Source: Octopus vulgaris
Lineage: Eukaryota
Assembly (NCBI GenBank): GCA_951406725.2
Contig: OX597835.1
Coordinates: forward strand, 16,182,001 to 16,246,000
Reading direction: 5' to 3'
DNA length: 64,000 nt
Part shown: positions 48,740 through 61,385 of the stretch, in pieces
Layout: each line of letters starts with the position of its first letter
How positions within the stretch are numbered: the stretch's first letter is position 1
Made by a program: the position numbers and the translations under genes
The notes under the pieces: model-generated
Databases searched by the model: none
Seen by the model: the letters and a program-made list of their open reading frames with translations, nothing else
Told to the model about the DNA's origin: nothing

Positions 48740-50190
48740 AATGGTGACAAGCTGTTTAAAACGACTGCAATAAGTTGTGGACGACAGGAACAAGCCACTG
48801 ACACCAATGACGACAAGCCTGGGACGACAATGGTGACAAGTCTGGGACAACAATGGTGACAAGCCTGGGATGACAACAGTGACAAGCCTGGGACAACAAC
48901 AGTGACAAGCCTCAGATGACAACGTTGACAAGTCTGGGACAACAATGGTGACAAGACTGGGACAACAATAGTGACAAGACTGGGATGACAACAGTGACAA
49001 GCCTGGGACAACAACAGCGATAAGCCTGGGACAACAATGGTAACAAGTCTGGGACAACCACAGTGACAAGTCTGGGACGACAACAGTGACAAGCCTGAGA
49101 TGACAACGGTGACAAGCCTGGGACAACAACAGTGACAAGCCTGGGACAACAACAGTGACAAGTCTGGGACAACAACAGTGACAAGTCTGGACAACAACAG
49201 CGATAAACCTGGGACAACAATGGTGACAAGCCTGGGACAATAATGGTGACAAGCCTAGGACGACAACATTGACAAGCCTGAGATGACAACGGTGGCAAGC
49301 CTGGGACAACAATGGTAACAAGTCTGGGACGACCACAGTGACAAGCCTGGGACGACAATGGTGACAAAACTGGGATGACAACAGTGACAAGACTGGGACA
49401 ACAACGGTGACAAGCCTGAGATGACAATGGTGACAAACCAGGGATAACGATGGTGACAAAACTGGGACGACCACAGTGACAAGCCTGGGACAACAACAGT
49501 GACAAGCCTCGGACAACAATGGTGACAAGCCTGGGACAACAACAGTGACAAGTCTGGGACGACAACAATGAAAAGCTTGGAACGATAAAGTTGATAAGCC
49601 TGGGATGACAATAGTAACAAGTCTGGGACAACAACGGTGACAAGCCAGGGACAACAGTGACAAGCCTGGGATGACAATGGTGGCAAGCCTGGGACGACCA
49701 CAGTGACAAGTCTGGGACAACAACGGTGACAAGCCAGGGACAACAGTGACAAGCCTGGGACGAAAACAGTGACAAGCCTGGGACGACAATGGTGACAAAC
49801 CTGGGACGACAACAGTGACAAAACTGGGATGACAACGGTGACAACCTGGGACGACAGCAGTGACAACCTGGGACGACAATGGTGACAAGACTGGGACAAC
49901 AACAGTTACAAGCCTGGGACGACAACAATGAAAAGCTTGGAACTATAATGTTGACAAGCCTGGGATGACAATAGTAACAAGTCTGGGACAACAACAGTGA
50001 CAAGCCTGGGACAACAGCGGTGACAAGCCTGGGACGACAATGGTGACAAGACTGGGATGACAATCGTGATAAGCCTGAGACAACTATGGTGATAAGCCAG
50101 AGATAATGACAGTGACAAGTCTGGGACGACAATGTTGACAAGCCTGGGATGACAACAGTGACAAAGCTTCGATGACAAGTGACAAGCATT
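48740..50190. repeat. 23-bp minisatellite gacaagcctgggacaacaacagt, about 60 copies
   Basis: Period 23 (49111, 49134); a variant block recurs at 49561 and 49921. Confidence 0.95.
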
Positions 50191-50445
50191 GGACATTGAT
50201 GACGATATAAGCCTAATGATTTTGCGGCATTTTCACTACATAGCATTATAAACAACACATCCAAGTTAAGTTCATCATCATCATCATCATCATCATTTAA
50301 CGTCCGCTTTCCATGACATTGGTCCAGGAAGAAATGCAAAGGTTATGGGTACCACCTCCTCCATTTACTAATTATACACAAATACATATTATACATATTA
50401 TATTACAGAAGCAGCCTATGTAAAGAATATTAATTAGGACATCTC

Positions 50446-50653
50446 ACTTAACTTGGATGTGCTGTTTATAATGCCATAGACTCTGGTGAATATACCAAGT
50501 GCAAAGAAGCATCGAATTCTATTGGTTAATCAGTGATGATGAAATTTCATCAACCAATAGAATTTGGCATTTATTAGCACTTGTAGTCAAGCCAAAATGA
50601 TTTTGCGGCATTTTCACTACATAGCATTATAAACAACACATCCAAGTTAAGTT
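50446..50653. mobile_element. Short palindromic (MITE-like) element; right arm duplicated at 50209-50272
   Basis: cttaacttggatgtgctgtttataatgc / gcattataaacaacacatccaagttaag; inner aattctattggtt / aaccaatagaatt. Confidence 0.6.
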
Positions 50654-50759
50654 GGATGTGATAATATACATATATGTATACACACACACACATGTATCTT
50701 TTTATCTTTTTCTTGTTTCTGTCATTAGATTGTGGCCATGGAGGTGCACATCACCTTTT

Positions 50760-51071
50760 GTTACATATAATTTATGCGCCCTTTTCAGGCCTAGCCAGGA
50801 TCATGGGCCCGGTTTTCCGGTTTCTATGGCATATGTGTTCCCCCCAGCTGGACAGGATGCCAGTCCATCGCAGTGTTACTCAAGAAACAGGAAGAAAGAG
50901 TGAGAGAAAGTTAGGTGAAAGAGTACAACAGGGGTCACCACCACCCCCTACCGGAGCCTCGTAGAGCTTTAGGTGTTTTTGCTCAATAAACGCACACACA
51001 GTCTGGGAATCGAAACCGCGATCCCCCAACCGTGAGTTCGCTGCCCTAACCACTGGACCATTGCACCTCCA
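50760..51071 (-). mobile_element. Family C SINE with tail C3 (V-domain-like)
   Basis: C head; minus strand ctgcgatggactggcatcctgtccagctggggg at 50840-50873 resembles the V-SINE central domain. Confidence 0.7.
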
Positions 51072-51769
51072 CACACACATATATTAAGATAGTCAAAAAA
51101 AGGATCTACTTTGAGGGTCTGCATTTGCTGTTATTGCCCATGTTGAATATCCCATGAAGTGGCTCCCCCATTGGCTGGGATCACTGACTGTTGAATTATG
51201 GGATAGGTACTGTGTTGGGTTATGGGATGTGTGTTGTGTTGTGTTGTGTTGTGTGTGTTATATTAAGGTAATATGTGTGTACGATAGTGGTGTGGTGATG
51301 TTTTTACTAAATTTCACTCCTGGAATGACCAACATCATGGTTTAGTAACCTGAAACTAAAATCAATAAACTATTACTGACTATTCTGAGAAACAGCCATA
51401 AATATTCCACCATTTCTGCCGCTGTCGTCAACAACAACAACAACAAATCTTAACGTATTACATTATCTCATCTCAACTACCCTCTACTTTGTTTACGAAC
51501 CTGACAGAAATAATAACTAATTTATCCTCAAAACAACATCTTAACATAGCCTGAGGTATACTGTGTCTCTAAAAACAAGATGTGATAGCTATGGTTGGAC
51601 TGACTTACCTATGGACCTATTTCCTTATCCAGAACTGACTTAGGGTAAAACATCAACTGCTACATGCACAAGAATGGTAAGAGGGTTGCTGGTATCGCTT
51701 GCTTCCCAACCATGTAGTTCTGAATTCCGTCCCACTGCATAGCATCTTGGGCAAGTGTTTCTACTATAT

Positions 51770-52000
51770 ATTTCTTTATTGCCCACAAGGGGCTAAACAT
51801 AGAGGGGACAAACAAGGACAGGCAAAAAGATTTAAGTCGATAACATCGACCCCAGTGCGAAACTGGTACTTTATTTATCGACCCCGAAAGGATGAAAGGC
51901 AAAGTCGACCTTGGCGGAATTTGAACTCAGAACGTAGCGACAGACGAAATACCGGTAAGCATTTCGCCTGGCACGATAACGTGTCTGCCAGCTCGCCGCC
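51770..52000 (-). mobile_element. Family B SINE (tail B1) nested in an old family A copy (51670-52285, +)
   Basis: The A sequence breaks at ttctactata and resumes at ttctattacagcc. Confidence 0.85.
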
Positions 52001-52789
52001 TTTTCTATTACAGCCTTAGGTCAACCAAAGCCTTGTGAGTGAATTTGGTAAATGTTAACTGAAAGAAGCCTGTTGTGCTTGTGTGTGTGTGTGTTTGTCA
52101 CTTGCCATGTCTTGACAACCAGTGTAGGTTTGTCTACATCCCTTTAACTTAGCGATTTGGAAAAAGAGACTGATGGGATAAATACTTTAAAAAAAGTACT
52201 GGTGCTGATTTGTTCGACTGAACTGAAGGTGGTGCTCCAGCATGGCCACAGTCCAAAGACCAAAACAAGTAAAACAGAAAAAGACGTCTACAACTTCTCA
52301 CAACAACAGGCCTTAACGTATTACATGATCAAGCTATTCGAATGACCGCTAAGTAAGGTAAGGGGGTAAAAAGATCATAGTATTCGCGTAAGCGCACCTG
52401 TTCATACCTACACATGTGCACCCGCACACCCACATCCTTCACACGCCATGTGGCCACTGCTAGTGTCATGTAAAGGACACTCGTGAAATTGTAATTGTGA
52501 CCATTTTTGGCAGCATGATCTTCAAATGTTAGACCTTACGGAGGAGATGACAAGTGACTGAGACCTTGGTGGTAGGCTGGGCTTGATAAAACTTGTCAAG
52601 CCAAGTGAATTGGATTTATTAAAATCGACTGGTGATGGAGTTTGACTTCAGACTTTGCTTTTGGATTACCTGGAGTTCTGTACCAATCTGAAAGCATTTT
52701 CTTAGCTTGGTTTATTAGTATAAACAGAGAACTTGTGAAGTATTGATAACTCTCTCTCTCTCTCTCTCAATCAATATATATATATATAT

Positions 52790-52820
<31 letters not shown>

Positions 52821-52824
52821 TAAC

Positions 52825-53338
52825 CTTCCTTCATTGAACACTAAACTCTGCTTGCGAAGACCTGTTAAGGCAAGTGAAATTGAAATCAAAATCAAATCCG
52901 ATGACTGGCATCCGTGCTAGTGGAGCGCTAAGAGCACCATCCGAGCGTGTGTGCGTTGCCAGAGCAGCTGACTGGCTTCTATGCTGGTGGTACATAAAAA
53001 GCACCATTTGAACGTGATCGCTACCATTGTCGCCTTACTGGCACTGAAAAAATACTCGAGCGAGGTTGTTGCCAGTGCCAATGAACTGGCTCCTGTGCAG
53101 GTGGCATGTAAAAAAAAAAACACTATTTGAGCATGGCTGTTGCCAGTACCGCCTGACTGGCCTTTGTGCCAGTGGCACATAAAAGCACCCACTACACTCT
53201 CTGAGTTGTTGGCGTTAGGAAGGGCATCCAGCTATAGAAACTCTACCAGACCAGATTAGAGCCTGGTGCAGCAATCTGGTTCGCCAGTCCTCAGTCAAAT
53301 TGTCCAACCCATGCCAGCATGGAAAGCGGATGTTAAAG
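52825..53338 (+). mobile_element. Family E retroposon, older and longer copy
   Basis: About 5 diverged ~60-bp units, then ttggcgttaggaagggcatccagc...catggaaagcggatgttaaa. Confidence 0.8.
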
Positions 53339-53339
53339 C

Positions 53340-54080
53340 ATATGTATGTGTTTGAGTGAATGTGTGTCTATGAGTGAATATGTGTGTGTGCATGAGTGAA
53401 TATGTGTGTGTGTGTGTGTGCATGAGTGAATATGTGTGTGTGTGTGTGCATGAGTGAATATGTGTGTGTGCATGAGTGAATGTGTGCGTGTACATGAGTG
53501 AAAGTGTGTGTGTGCATGAGTGAATGTGTGTGTATGAGTGAATGTGTGTGTATGAGTGAATGTGTGTGCATGAGTGAATGTGTGTGTGCGCATGAGTGAA
53601 TATGTGTGTGCGCATGAGTGAATATGTGTGTGCGCATGAGTGAATATGTGTGTGCGCATGAGTGAATATGTGTGTGCGCATGAGTGAATATGTGTGTGCG
53701 CATGAGTGAATATGTGTGTGCGCATGAGTGAATATGTGTGTACATGAGTGAATGTGTGTGCATGAGTGAATGTGTGTGTGCGCATGAGTGAATGTGTGTG
53801 TGTGTACATGAGTGAATGTGTGTGTGTACATGAGTGAATGTGTGTGCATGAACGAATGTGTGCATGAGTGAGTGAGTGTGTGTGTATGTGTGTGTATGTG
53901 TGTGTGAGTGAGTGTGCATGCTTGTTTGTGTGTGTGTTTGTGTGTATGAGCATGTGTGTACATGTATCTGAGTGTGAATGTGTGCTTTTGAATATGTGTG
54001 CACATATGCATGTGTGTGTGTGTATGCTTGGGTTTGTGTATGTGCATGTCCTTCTATGTGTGTGTGTGTGTGTGTGTGGT
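53340..54080. repeat. (GT)n-derived minisatellite catgagtgaa(ta)(tg)n
   Basis: Units of ~18-24 bp; source of the His/Thr-rich ORFs. Confidence 0.95.
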
Positions 54081-55020
54081 AAAGCCTGACCTTCACTCTC
54101 AGACGTTGCATTATTTAAACTATTTCCTCTGACTAAAAAGACTAAATTCTTAACTGCTGAGCTTTGCTGAAATATTGCCAAGATAATGACGAAAAGGGGG
54201 TGAAGATGGTGGGGAGAAATATAGAGGAGAGAGAGAGAGAGAAAGAGAGAGGATATTAGATATAAAAGAAGTCATTACACAGGAAGGAAGGAGCAGGAGA
54301 GAGAGAGAGAGAGAGAGAGAAAAACAGAGAAAAACAAGGAAGAACCAAGTTCTGAAGAGGAAAAACAATTTCACAATAAAGAATTTCTATTGAAACAAAA
54401 TTTATCTAAGTTTAAAATCAAAAATATATTTAAAATTTCCTGACATTTGTTTTTCTTTTATGATTATTATTATTATTACTATTATTGAGTGAGAGAGCAG
54501 TGCATGCCATCAAAGTGACACTGGGGTACAAATATATAAAGCCCCAGTATACCCATCATGACTACCGGTCTGATAAGGGCACACCAGGGACATGCATCAC
54601 AACCATGTGTGTGTGACATGGTGATCTCATATTAAGATAAACAGAATTTTCTTCGTGTCTAATGGCCCATCCCACTCAAAAGGTCCCTGAATAAGGTTTG
54701 CTATAAGGATGATCAACAAAACACTGATGTTTCCAGAGGTGAATTATTCAAACCCCAAAGAATCCCTCTTAACACATGGCTACGATGCTCCCCCACTTCT
54801 GCTCGTGATCAGAGATGCACATATCGTCAGCCACTAAGGGACATGCTCAACAGGTTAAGGTCAAGCAACTGACAACCAAATCTGAAATATTGAGCAGAAT
54901 ATTTGTTGTAGCCCACCTTTTTATACCAAGTCAAAACAATGTACATGATAACACTTCCAACCAGTTAAGATCAGAAGCCATGAGAGCCACTGCCTGGTAC
55001 TGCATCACGGCATTTATTAT

Positions 55021-55246
55021 TGGCGAGCTGGCAGAAACGGTAGCACACCGGGCGAAATGCCTACCGGTATTTCGTCTGCCATTACGTTCCGAGTTCGAAT
55101 TCCGCCTGGGTCAACTTTGCCATCCATCCAGGGTCGATAAATAAAGTTACCAGTTTCGCACTGGGGTCAATGTAAACGACTTAATCCCTTTGTCTGTCCT
55201 TGTTTGTCCCCTCTATGCTTAGCCCCTTGTGGGCAGTAAAGAAATA

Positions 55247-55282
<36 letters not shown>

Positions 55283-55485
55283 GGGAGTGAGTTGGCAGAA
55301 TTGTTAGCACACAGGGCAAAATACTTAGTGGCATTTCGTCTGTCTGAGTTCAAATTTCGCTGAGGTCAACCTTACATTTCATCTATTCGGGGGTCAATAA
55401 AATGAGTACCAGTTGAACAATAGGGTCAATGCAATCGATGTAACTCCTACTCCCAAAATTGCTGACCTTTACCAAAATTTGAAAT
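55021..55485 (+). mobile_element. Two family B SINEs (B1 at 55021-55245; B2 at 55282-55485)
   Basis: Heads ggcgagctggcagaa and gtgagttggcagaa, separated by (att)n. Confidence 0.85.
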
Positions 55486-55914
55486 TATCACCTTACCACC
55501 ATGACCACCACTACTGGCAGTAGCTGTTATATAGGTAGTAGTAGTAATAGTAGTGGTGGTGATAGTAGTATTAGTTAAACCAATGGAAACAGTAAAACAG
55601 TAAGGACAATGACAACTCACAAAGGGAACCATTGCTTGGCTGCCCTGTAAGAGTCAAATGCTAGAAATAACAGCCAAACCTCACTGATAATGTAATCCTA
55701 GACAAGCAGCCAAAAAGATGGGATGGTCATGTCTGGAACACCTTTGAGCCTATACTACTACTATACTACTACTACAGCAGCCACTGTCATTATTAGTAGC
55801 AGTTGTAGCCTCATAGATTTGACCTGGAGTTAAACAACAGCTGTTAGAGTGCAAATAATAAAGCTGTTACAGTGTGAAGATCTCACCATAGATTGGTCTT
55901 CCTTTTCTCTCATA

Positions 55915-55949
<35 letters not shown>

Positions 55950-55964
55950 ACGCGTGTGTTTTTG

Positions 55965-56264
55965 TCTTATCTTTTACCTGTTTCGGTCATTTGAGTGTGG
56001 CCCTGCTGGAGCACTGCCTTGAAGAATTTTTTAGTATTTGTTTATTATTCTTTTTTTTATTTTATTTTTTTTAAAGCTCGCTAATAATTCTATTGGTCTG
56101 TTTTGCCAAACTGCTAAGTTACAGGAACGTAAACAGACCAACACCAGTTGTCAAGTGGTGGTAGAGGACAAGCACAGACGCAAACACACACATGTACATA
56201 TATATACAGACACAAAGATACACACATACATACATATATATACATACATACATATATACATACA

Positions 56265-56317
<53 letters not shown>

Positions 56318-56640
56318 TATACATACACACACACAAACACAAAAATACACACATACATACACACAACAGGCTTCTTTCAGTTTCTATTACCAAATCCATT
56401 CACAAGGCTTTGGTCGGCCCGAAGCCATAGTAGAAGATATTTGACAAAGGTACCATGCAGTGGGACTGAACCCAGGACCATGTGATTGGGAGGTTTAGCA
56501 AAAGAATTTGATAGAATAAGTATCAAATTTTACAAAAAAAAAAAAAAATTTACTAGAGTTCATTTGTTCAACTAAATCCTTTAAGGTGGTGCCCCAGCAT
56601 GGCCGTGGTCATATGACTGAAACAAGTGAAAGATAAAAGG
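55965..56640. mobile_element. Family A SINE (-, 55965-56490) abutting an A1 tail (+, 56493-56640)
   Basis: Both match family A segments. Confidence 0.75.
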
Positions 56641-56985
56641 AAACTAAAAGCAGCGGAAACTGTGCAGAGGAGGAAGGTTAACGGGTACGATAGGGGTTAT
56701 CGTACCTCAGATGATAACATCTATAAGACTCCTGGTCCGATCTCTTGGGTAGAGAGTCACAGCTGGAATATCACTTCCAGATATGAGTCAACAACAGAAG
56801 CTCTGTTGTTGTTGTTGTTGTTGTTGGTTAACCTTAGATCGGTTCTAATCCAACAGAGCAGGATTTCAACTCAACACACGAAAAACCAGTACAAATGTTA
56901 CGAGGTTTTTCTTTTTATCCTAGTTATTCAACAGATCCTGTTAGCTCTCTGCTTCCCTACCCTGTATAATAATAATTATAATAAC

Positions 56986-57023
<38 letters not shown>

Positions 57024-57988
57024 CAACAACAGCAACAACAATAATTCTGTCTATTATTGGCACAAAGCCAGAAATCTTTTGAGGGCGGGGAGCTAGACGA
57101 TTGCATCAACTCCAGTGCTCATTATGCCTATCTGTCCATGTAAACAAAAAGAGGGCATTGACATACCAAAGAGCAGAAACTGCCATGCTGGTTTTTTTCT
57201 ATAGTATCTCACTGCTTGTGATTCTGACTCAGTTTCTCTAAGGGGTCAAGTACGGGGGAGATCTGACCTCACCACTTAGCCCCAAGTAGCTTCTCTGTCA
57301 ACACGACACTGGTCCAGCACGCGTCTCCCATTTACGTGACATGATGCCAACACCAGCAGTCCGTCTTAACAGTAGCATACATCGACTAATTCTGTTAAAG
57401 GCCATTCAAACTCTTAACCAACTTATATGTTTCACTTGTTTCATATTACATAACATTACACGTACAATCATGTCTCTCTCCATCATCCATAGCTCATCGC
57501 CATCAGCACTGGATTTAGACCTAATGGAAACTCATGAGCCAATAGGGTCTTTCGGAGGAGACCCTAACCCTAAAATTTTGCTAATTAAAAACTTAAGATA
57601 ATAATGAGGACCCCATTGAATCTAGAGTCCCCAAATAGTTTGAAGAGGCTCCTGAAACTTAAAAGGGCCTTGGTAGAGTCAGAGGGAATCAGTTAAATTT
57701 AATGGCTTTTTAAATCTAAAGGGGCCCAATAAATAAAGATACAATAAATATAAAAGAACTATTGGATTTTTAAAAATTTAAATAAGTAAAAATAATTACG
57801 AATTATTTACTTGATTGTTGTAAACATATTTAAAAATTTTTTTAGCGCCAAGCTTTAGCCTTCCCAGAGTTAAGGGGGTCCAGAGATAAAAATAAAAATG
57901 GCCTAGAACCCCTGATGTATTCTATTCTTTTCCCATCAGATATCTTTAATACCCAGCTGTTCTCTCACCTCCCTTGTACTCCACAAAT

Positions 57989-58149
57989 AGGTGCAGAAGT
58001 GGCCGTGTGGTAAGTAGCTTGCTTACCAGCCACATGGTTCTGGGTTCAGTCCCACTGTGTGGCACCTTGGGCAAGTGACCTCTACTATAACCTAAGGCCA
58101 ACCAAAGCCATGTGAGTGGATTTGGTAGACGGAAACTGAAAGACGTCCA

Positions 58150-58201
<52 letters not shown>

Positions 58202-58420
58202 GTGTGTATATGTTTGTGTCTGTGTTTGTCCCCCCAACATCGCTTGACAACCGATGCTGATGTGTTTACGTCCCCGTAACTTAGCGGTTCGGTAAAAGGA
58301 ACCTGATAGAATAAGTACTAGGCTTACAAAAGAATAAGTCCTGGGGTCGATTTGCTCGACTAAAGGCAGTGCTCCAGCATGGCCGCAGTCAAACGACTGA
58401 AACAAGTAAAAGAGTAAAGA
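57989..58420 (+). mobile_element. Family A SINE, full length
   Basis: Head to tail A1. Confidence 0.9.
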
Positions 58421-58756
58421 GATATATAAGAATATATATTACTGGTGTAGGCATCATGTGGTGTGGAATGGATAATGCGTGCAGGGTGAAAGAAACGTCA
58501 CATTGACAGTGGGAGGTAGTCGAGGAGAATGTGATGAGATCACATTACAAGGATGCTTGACCTCTAAGATGAAGTGACTCAGAATCATGGCAAGTGGTAC
58601 AATTCTGTATGTGTAGCCAAACCCATCCAACCCATGCCAGGAAGGAAACTGGAGAGAAAGGAAATCTAGTTTGAACGAATTTAGCTAAAGACAATCAAGT
58701 GGTGGTGGTGGTCGTGGTGGTAGTGAAGGTGGTGGTTGTTATTTGACTGGGCGGTA

Positions 58757-59330
58757 TCTTTTATCTCTTATCTTTTATTTGTTTCAAGCATTAGACTGTG
58801 GCCATGCTGGGGCACCACCTCGAAGAATTTTTAGTTGAAAGAATCAATCCCAGTACTTATTCTATCCGTTCTTTTCCCAAACCGCTAAGTTATCATCATC
58901 ATCATCATCATCATCATTTAGCGTCCGTTTTCCATGCTAGCATGGGTTGGACGGTTCAACTGGGGTCTGTGAAGCCGGAAGGCTGCATCAGGCCCAGTCA
59001 GATCTGGCAGTGTTTCTACGGCTGGATGCCCTTCCTAACGCCAACCATTCCGTGAGTGTAGTGGGTGCTTTTTACGTGCCACCCGCACAGGTGCCAGACA
59101 GAGCTGGCAAACGGCCACGAACGGATGGTGCTTTTACGTGCCACCGGCATGAGGATGTAAACAAACCAACACTAGCTCTCAAGAGGGGACAAACACCAAC
59201 ACACACACACAGAGGCTTCAGTCCACCTGAGGCTATAGTAGAAGACATTTGCCCAAAGAACCGTGTTGTGGGACTGAACCCAGGACCACGTAGTTGGGAA
59301 GTAAGCTTCTTACCACCCAGCCATGCCCAC
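58757..59330 (-). mobile_element. Old family A SINE with nested family E copy (58892-59149)
   Basis: The A sequence ccgctaagtta|...|tgaggatgtaaac is split by an E fragment led by (cat)n. Confidence 0.8.
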
Positions 59331-60092
59331 ATATATTACTGAATTAAAAAAAAAAAAACACACCACAACCCACATTATCCAAGAAAAATGGATGGAAGGA
59401 ATGGCCCTTTGCAAACACCTCCTGGATGCATAAAGAAGGAAAGATATCCCTAGTTTGATAAATGAATAACAGGAATTTGTTTCCATGGCATGGGACGTGG
59501 TGAGAAGAGAAAGGAAGATAACAGAGATGGAGAGAGAAATTAAGATGGTAAGAGAAAGGTCAGTGAATGCTTTGGAAAGGAATAAACATGGCAGGACATC
59601 AGAGTGAACAGAAGGGAAAGCAGGTCACTAAAGGGTGGCTGAGAGTGGTAAGTGAATGGTAGTGCAGGGAGATTGGTGGGGCCAAGGGGGGAAAGGGGTC
59701 AGTGAACAATGGCACAGGGTGGTCAGGAATTACAACCGGTGTTTCGTGGTCTGCTACCACAACAGCTCCTTTATAGGATCCAGATAGCTCAAGACATCAT
59801 CAGGAGGAACCACGGCCGGTTTCGGCCCCTACTCCTCTACCGTTTTGATGTGGCGGGGCCCCCTCCTTTCGGAGGTGTCTTCAGCTCTGGTGTTGGGTGT
59901 ATGTCTTCTTTCTTCTGTTCCCTGGCCTCTTTGATGTATCCTCAGCGAGTGTCAGCCAGTGACTGACTGTCTTGTCAAATTTTTCCCTTTAAATACCTGC
60001 TGCATAATATTACTGTAGAGAGAACAGGGTTGTCTCCTTTGCTTGCTCATTAAAACCAAGTCCAACAGACTTTTTCGATCAGTTCTAATATA

Positions 60093-60516
60093 CAGGGTTG
60101 ACCATAAGTCACCCAATTGTGAATCATCATCATCATCATCGTTTAGCGTCCGTTTTCCATGCTAGCATGGGTTGGACGGTTCAACTGGGGTCTGTGAAGC
60201 CAGAAGGCTTCATCAGGCCCAGTCAGATCTGGATGCCCTTCCTAACGCCAACCACTCCGTGAGTGTAGTGGGTGCTTTTTACGTGCCACCCGCACAGGTG
60301 CCAGACAGAGCTGGCAAAATTCCATAAACACTATCTGTAATTCTGTATCGACTCAAATGGAAAAAATGTGTCACTCAAGAAGGACTTCAGTTTGAACAAT
60401 TTTCACAATGTTTCATATTTAGATGCTTTTATCAAATTCATTCAGTTGTTAAACATAAATATATCTTGGAATTAAATGGTTTTGATTTACTGCCAAGTGA
60501 CTTTTGGCCAACCCTG
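60093..60516. mobile_element. Tc1/mariner-type MITE with nested family E copy (60124-60318)
   Basis: TA|cagggttgaccataagtcac ... gtgacttttggccaaccctg|TA (20-bp TIR, 2 mismatches). Confidence 0.85.
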
Positions 60517-60902
60517 TATTTGGGACATGTTTCACCTATAAAAAAAGCCATTTTTGTTGTAGTTTGCTTTAGAGGAAATTTCTTGCTTTAGGTAAAAAGT
60601 TGTAAACATTAAAGTTATTGCAGAGTTGTCCTCCTTGGTATTTAATACTGATGAGAGAATAAAGAGCAGGAAATACCTATCTTAGTCCACTAAGGGTGCT
60701 GCAAAATGACTTTGGTGTTTAAAACCTTTTGCCGAAGGCAAGAATTTTTTCCCATGGCAAACCTCAGTGTAAATGGCCTTTCTGCTGATCAAATATGTCT
60801 CAAACATATTTGAACTCAACGAAAAGTTTCTTTATTCACACCACTGCTTCATGTACCAACCATATAACAATGTTAATTACTTCCCAGTATTTGGTCTAAT
60901 AA

Positions 60903-61385
60903 AAGGCAGTGAGATGGCAGAATCGTTAGCACACAGGACAAAATGCTTAGCGGCAGATCAACTGTCTTTACTCTCCAAGCTCAAATGCTGCTGAGGTCAA
61001 GTTTGCCTTCCATCCTTTTCAGGGTTGATAAAATAAGTACCAGTTGAGCACTGGGGTCAATGTAATTGATTTACTCCATACCCCAAAATTGCTGGCCTTG
61101 TGCCAAAATTTGAAACCAATATTTTGTCTGATAACCAGACTTAACCCCACTGTAGTTATTCTGCGAGCCGGCAGAAACGTTAGCACACCAGGCGAAATGC
61201 TTAGTAGTACTTTGTCTGTCTTTACGTTCTGGGTTCAAATTCCACCGAGGTCGACTTTGCCTTTCATCCTTTCGGGGTCGAAAAATTAAGTACCAGTTAC
61301 TCACTGGGGTCGATGTAATCGATTTAATCTGTCTGTCCTTGTTTGTCCCCTCTGTGTTTAGCCCCTTGTGGGCAGTAAAGAAATA
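60903..61385 (+). mobile_element. Two family B SINEs (B2 at 60903-61118; B1 at 61163-61385)
   Basis: Both carry the gcctt(c/t)catccttt...taagtaccag domain. Confidence 0.85.

Noticed and set aside
48647-50339. Cys-rich keratin-associated or metallothionein-like protein
   Set aside because: A 23-bp unit is not a multiple of three, and the same peptide motifs appear in all three frames.
54485-55015. ~530-bp segment bracketed by (ATT)n, possibly a retroposon 3' UTR or snRNA-derived
   Set aside because: Only one copy is present here, with no ORF or convincing RNA-gene match, so it cannot be classified by eye.
57180-57930. Possible CR1-group LINE remnant (KAIQTL, SIAHRH) and an old hAT-like element; a similar weak LINE trace at 62290-62530
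   Set aside because: Too degenerate; the motifs are short and no matching termini were found.
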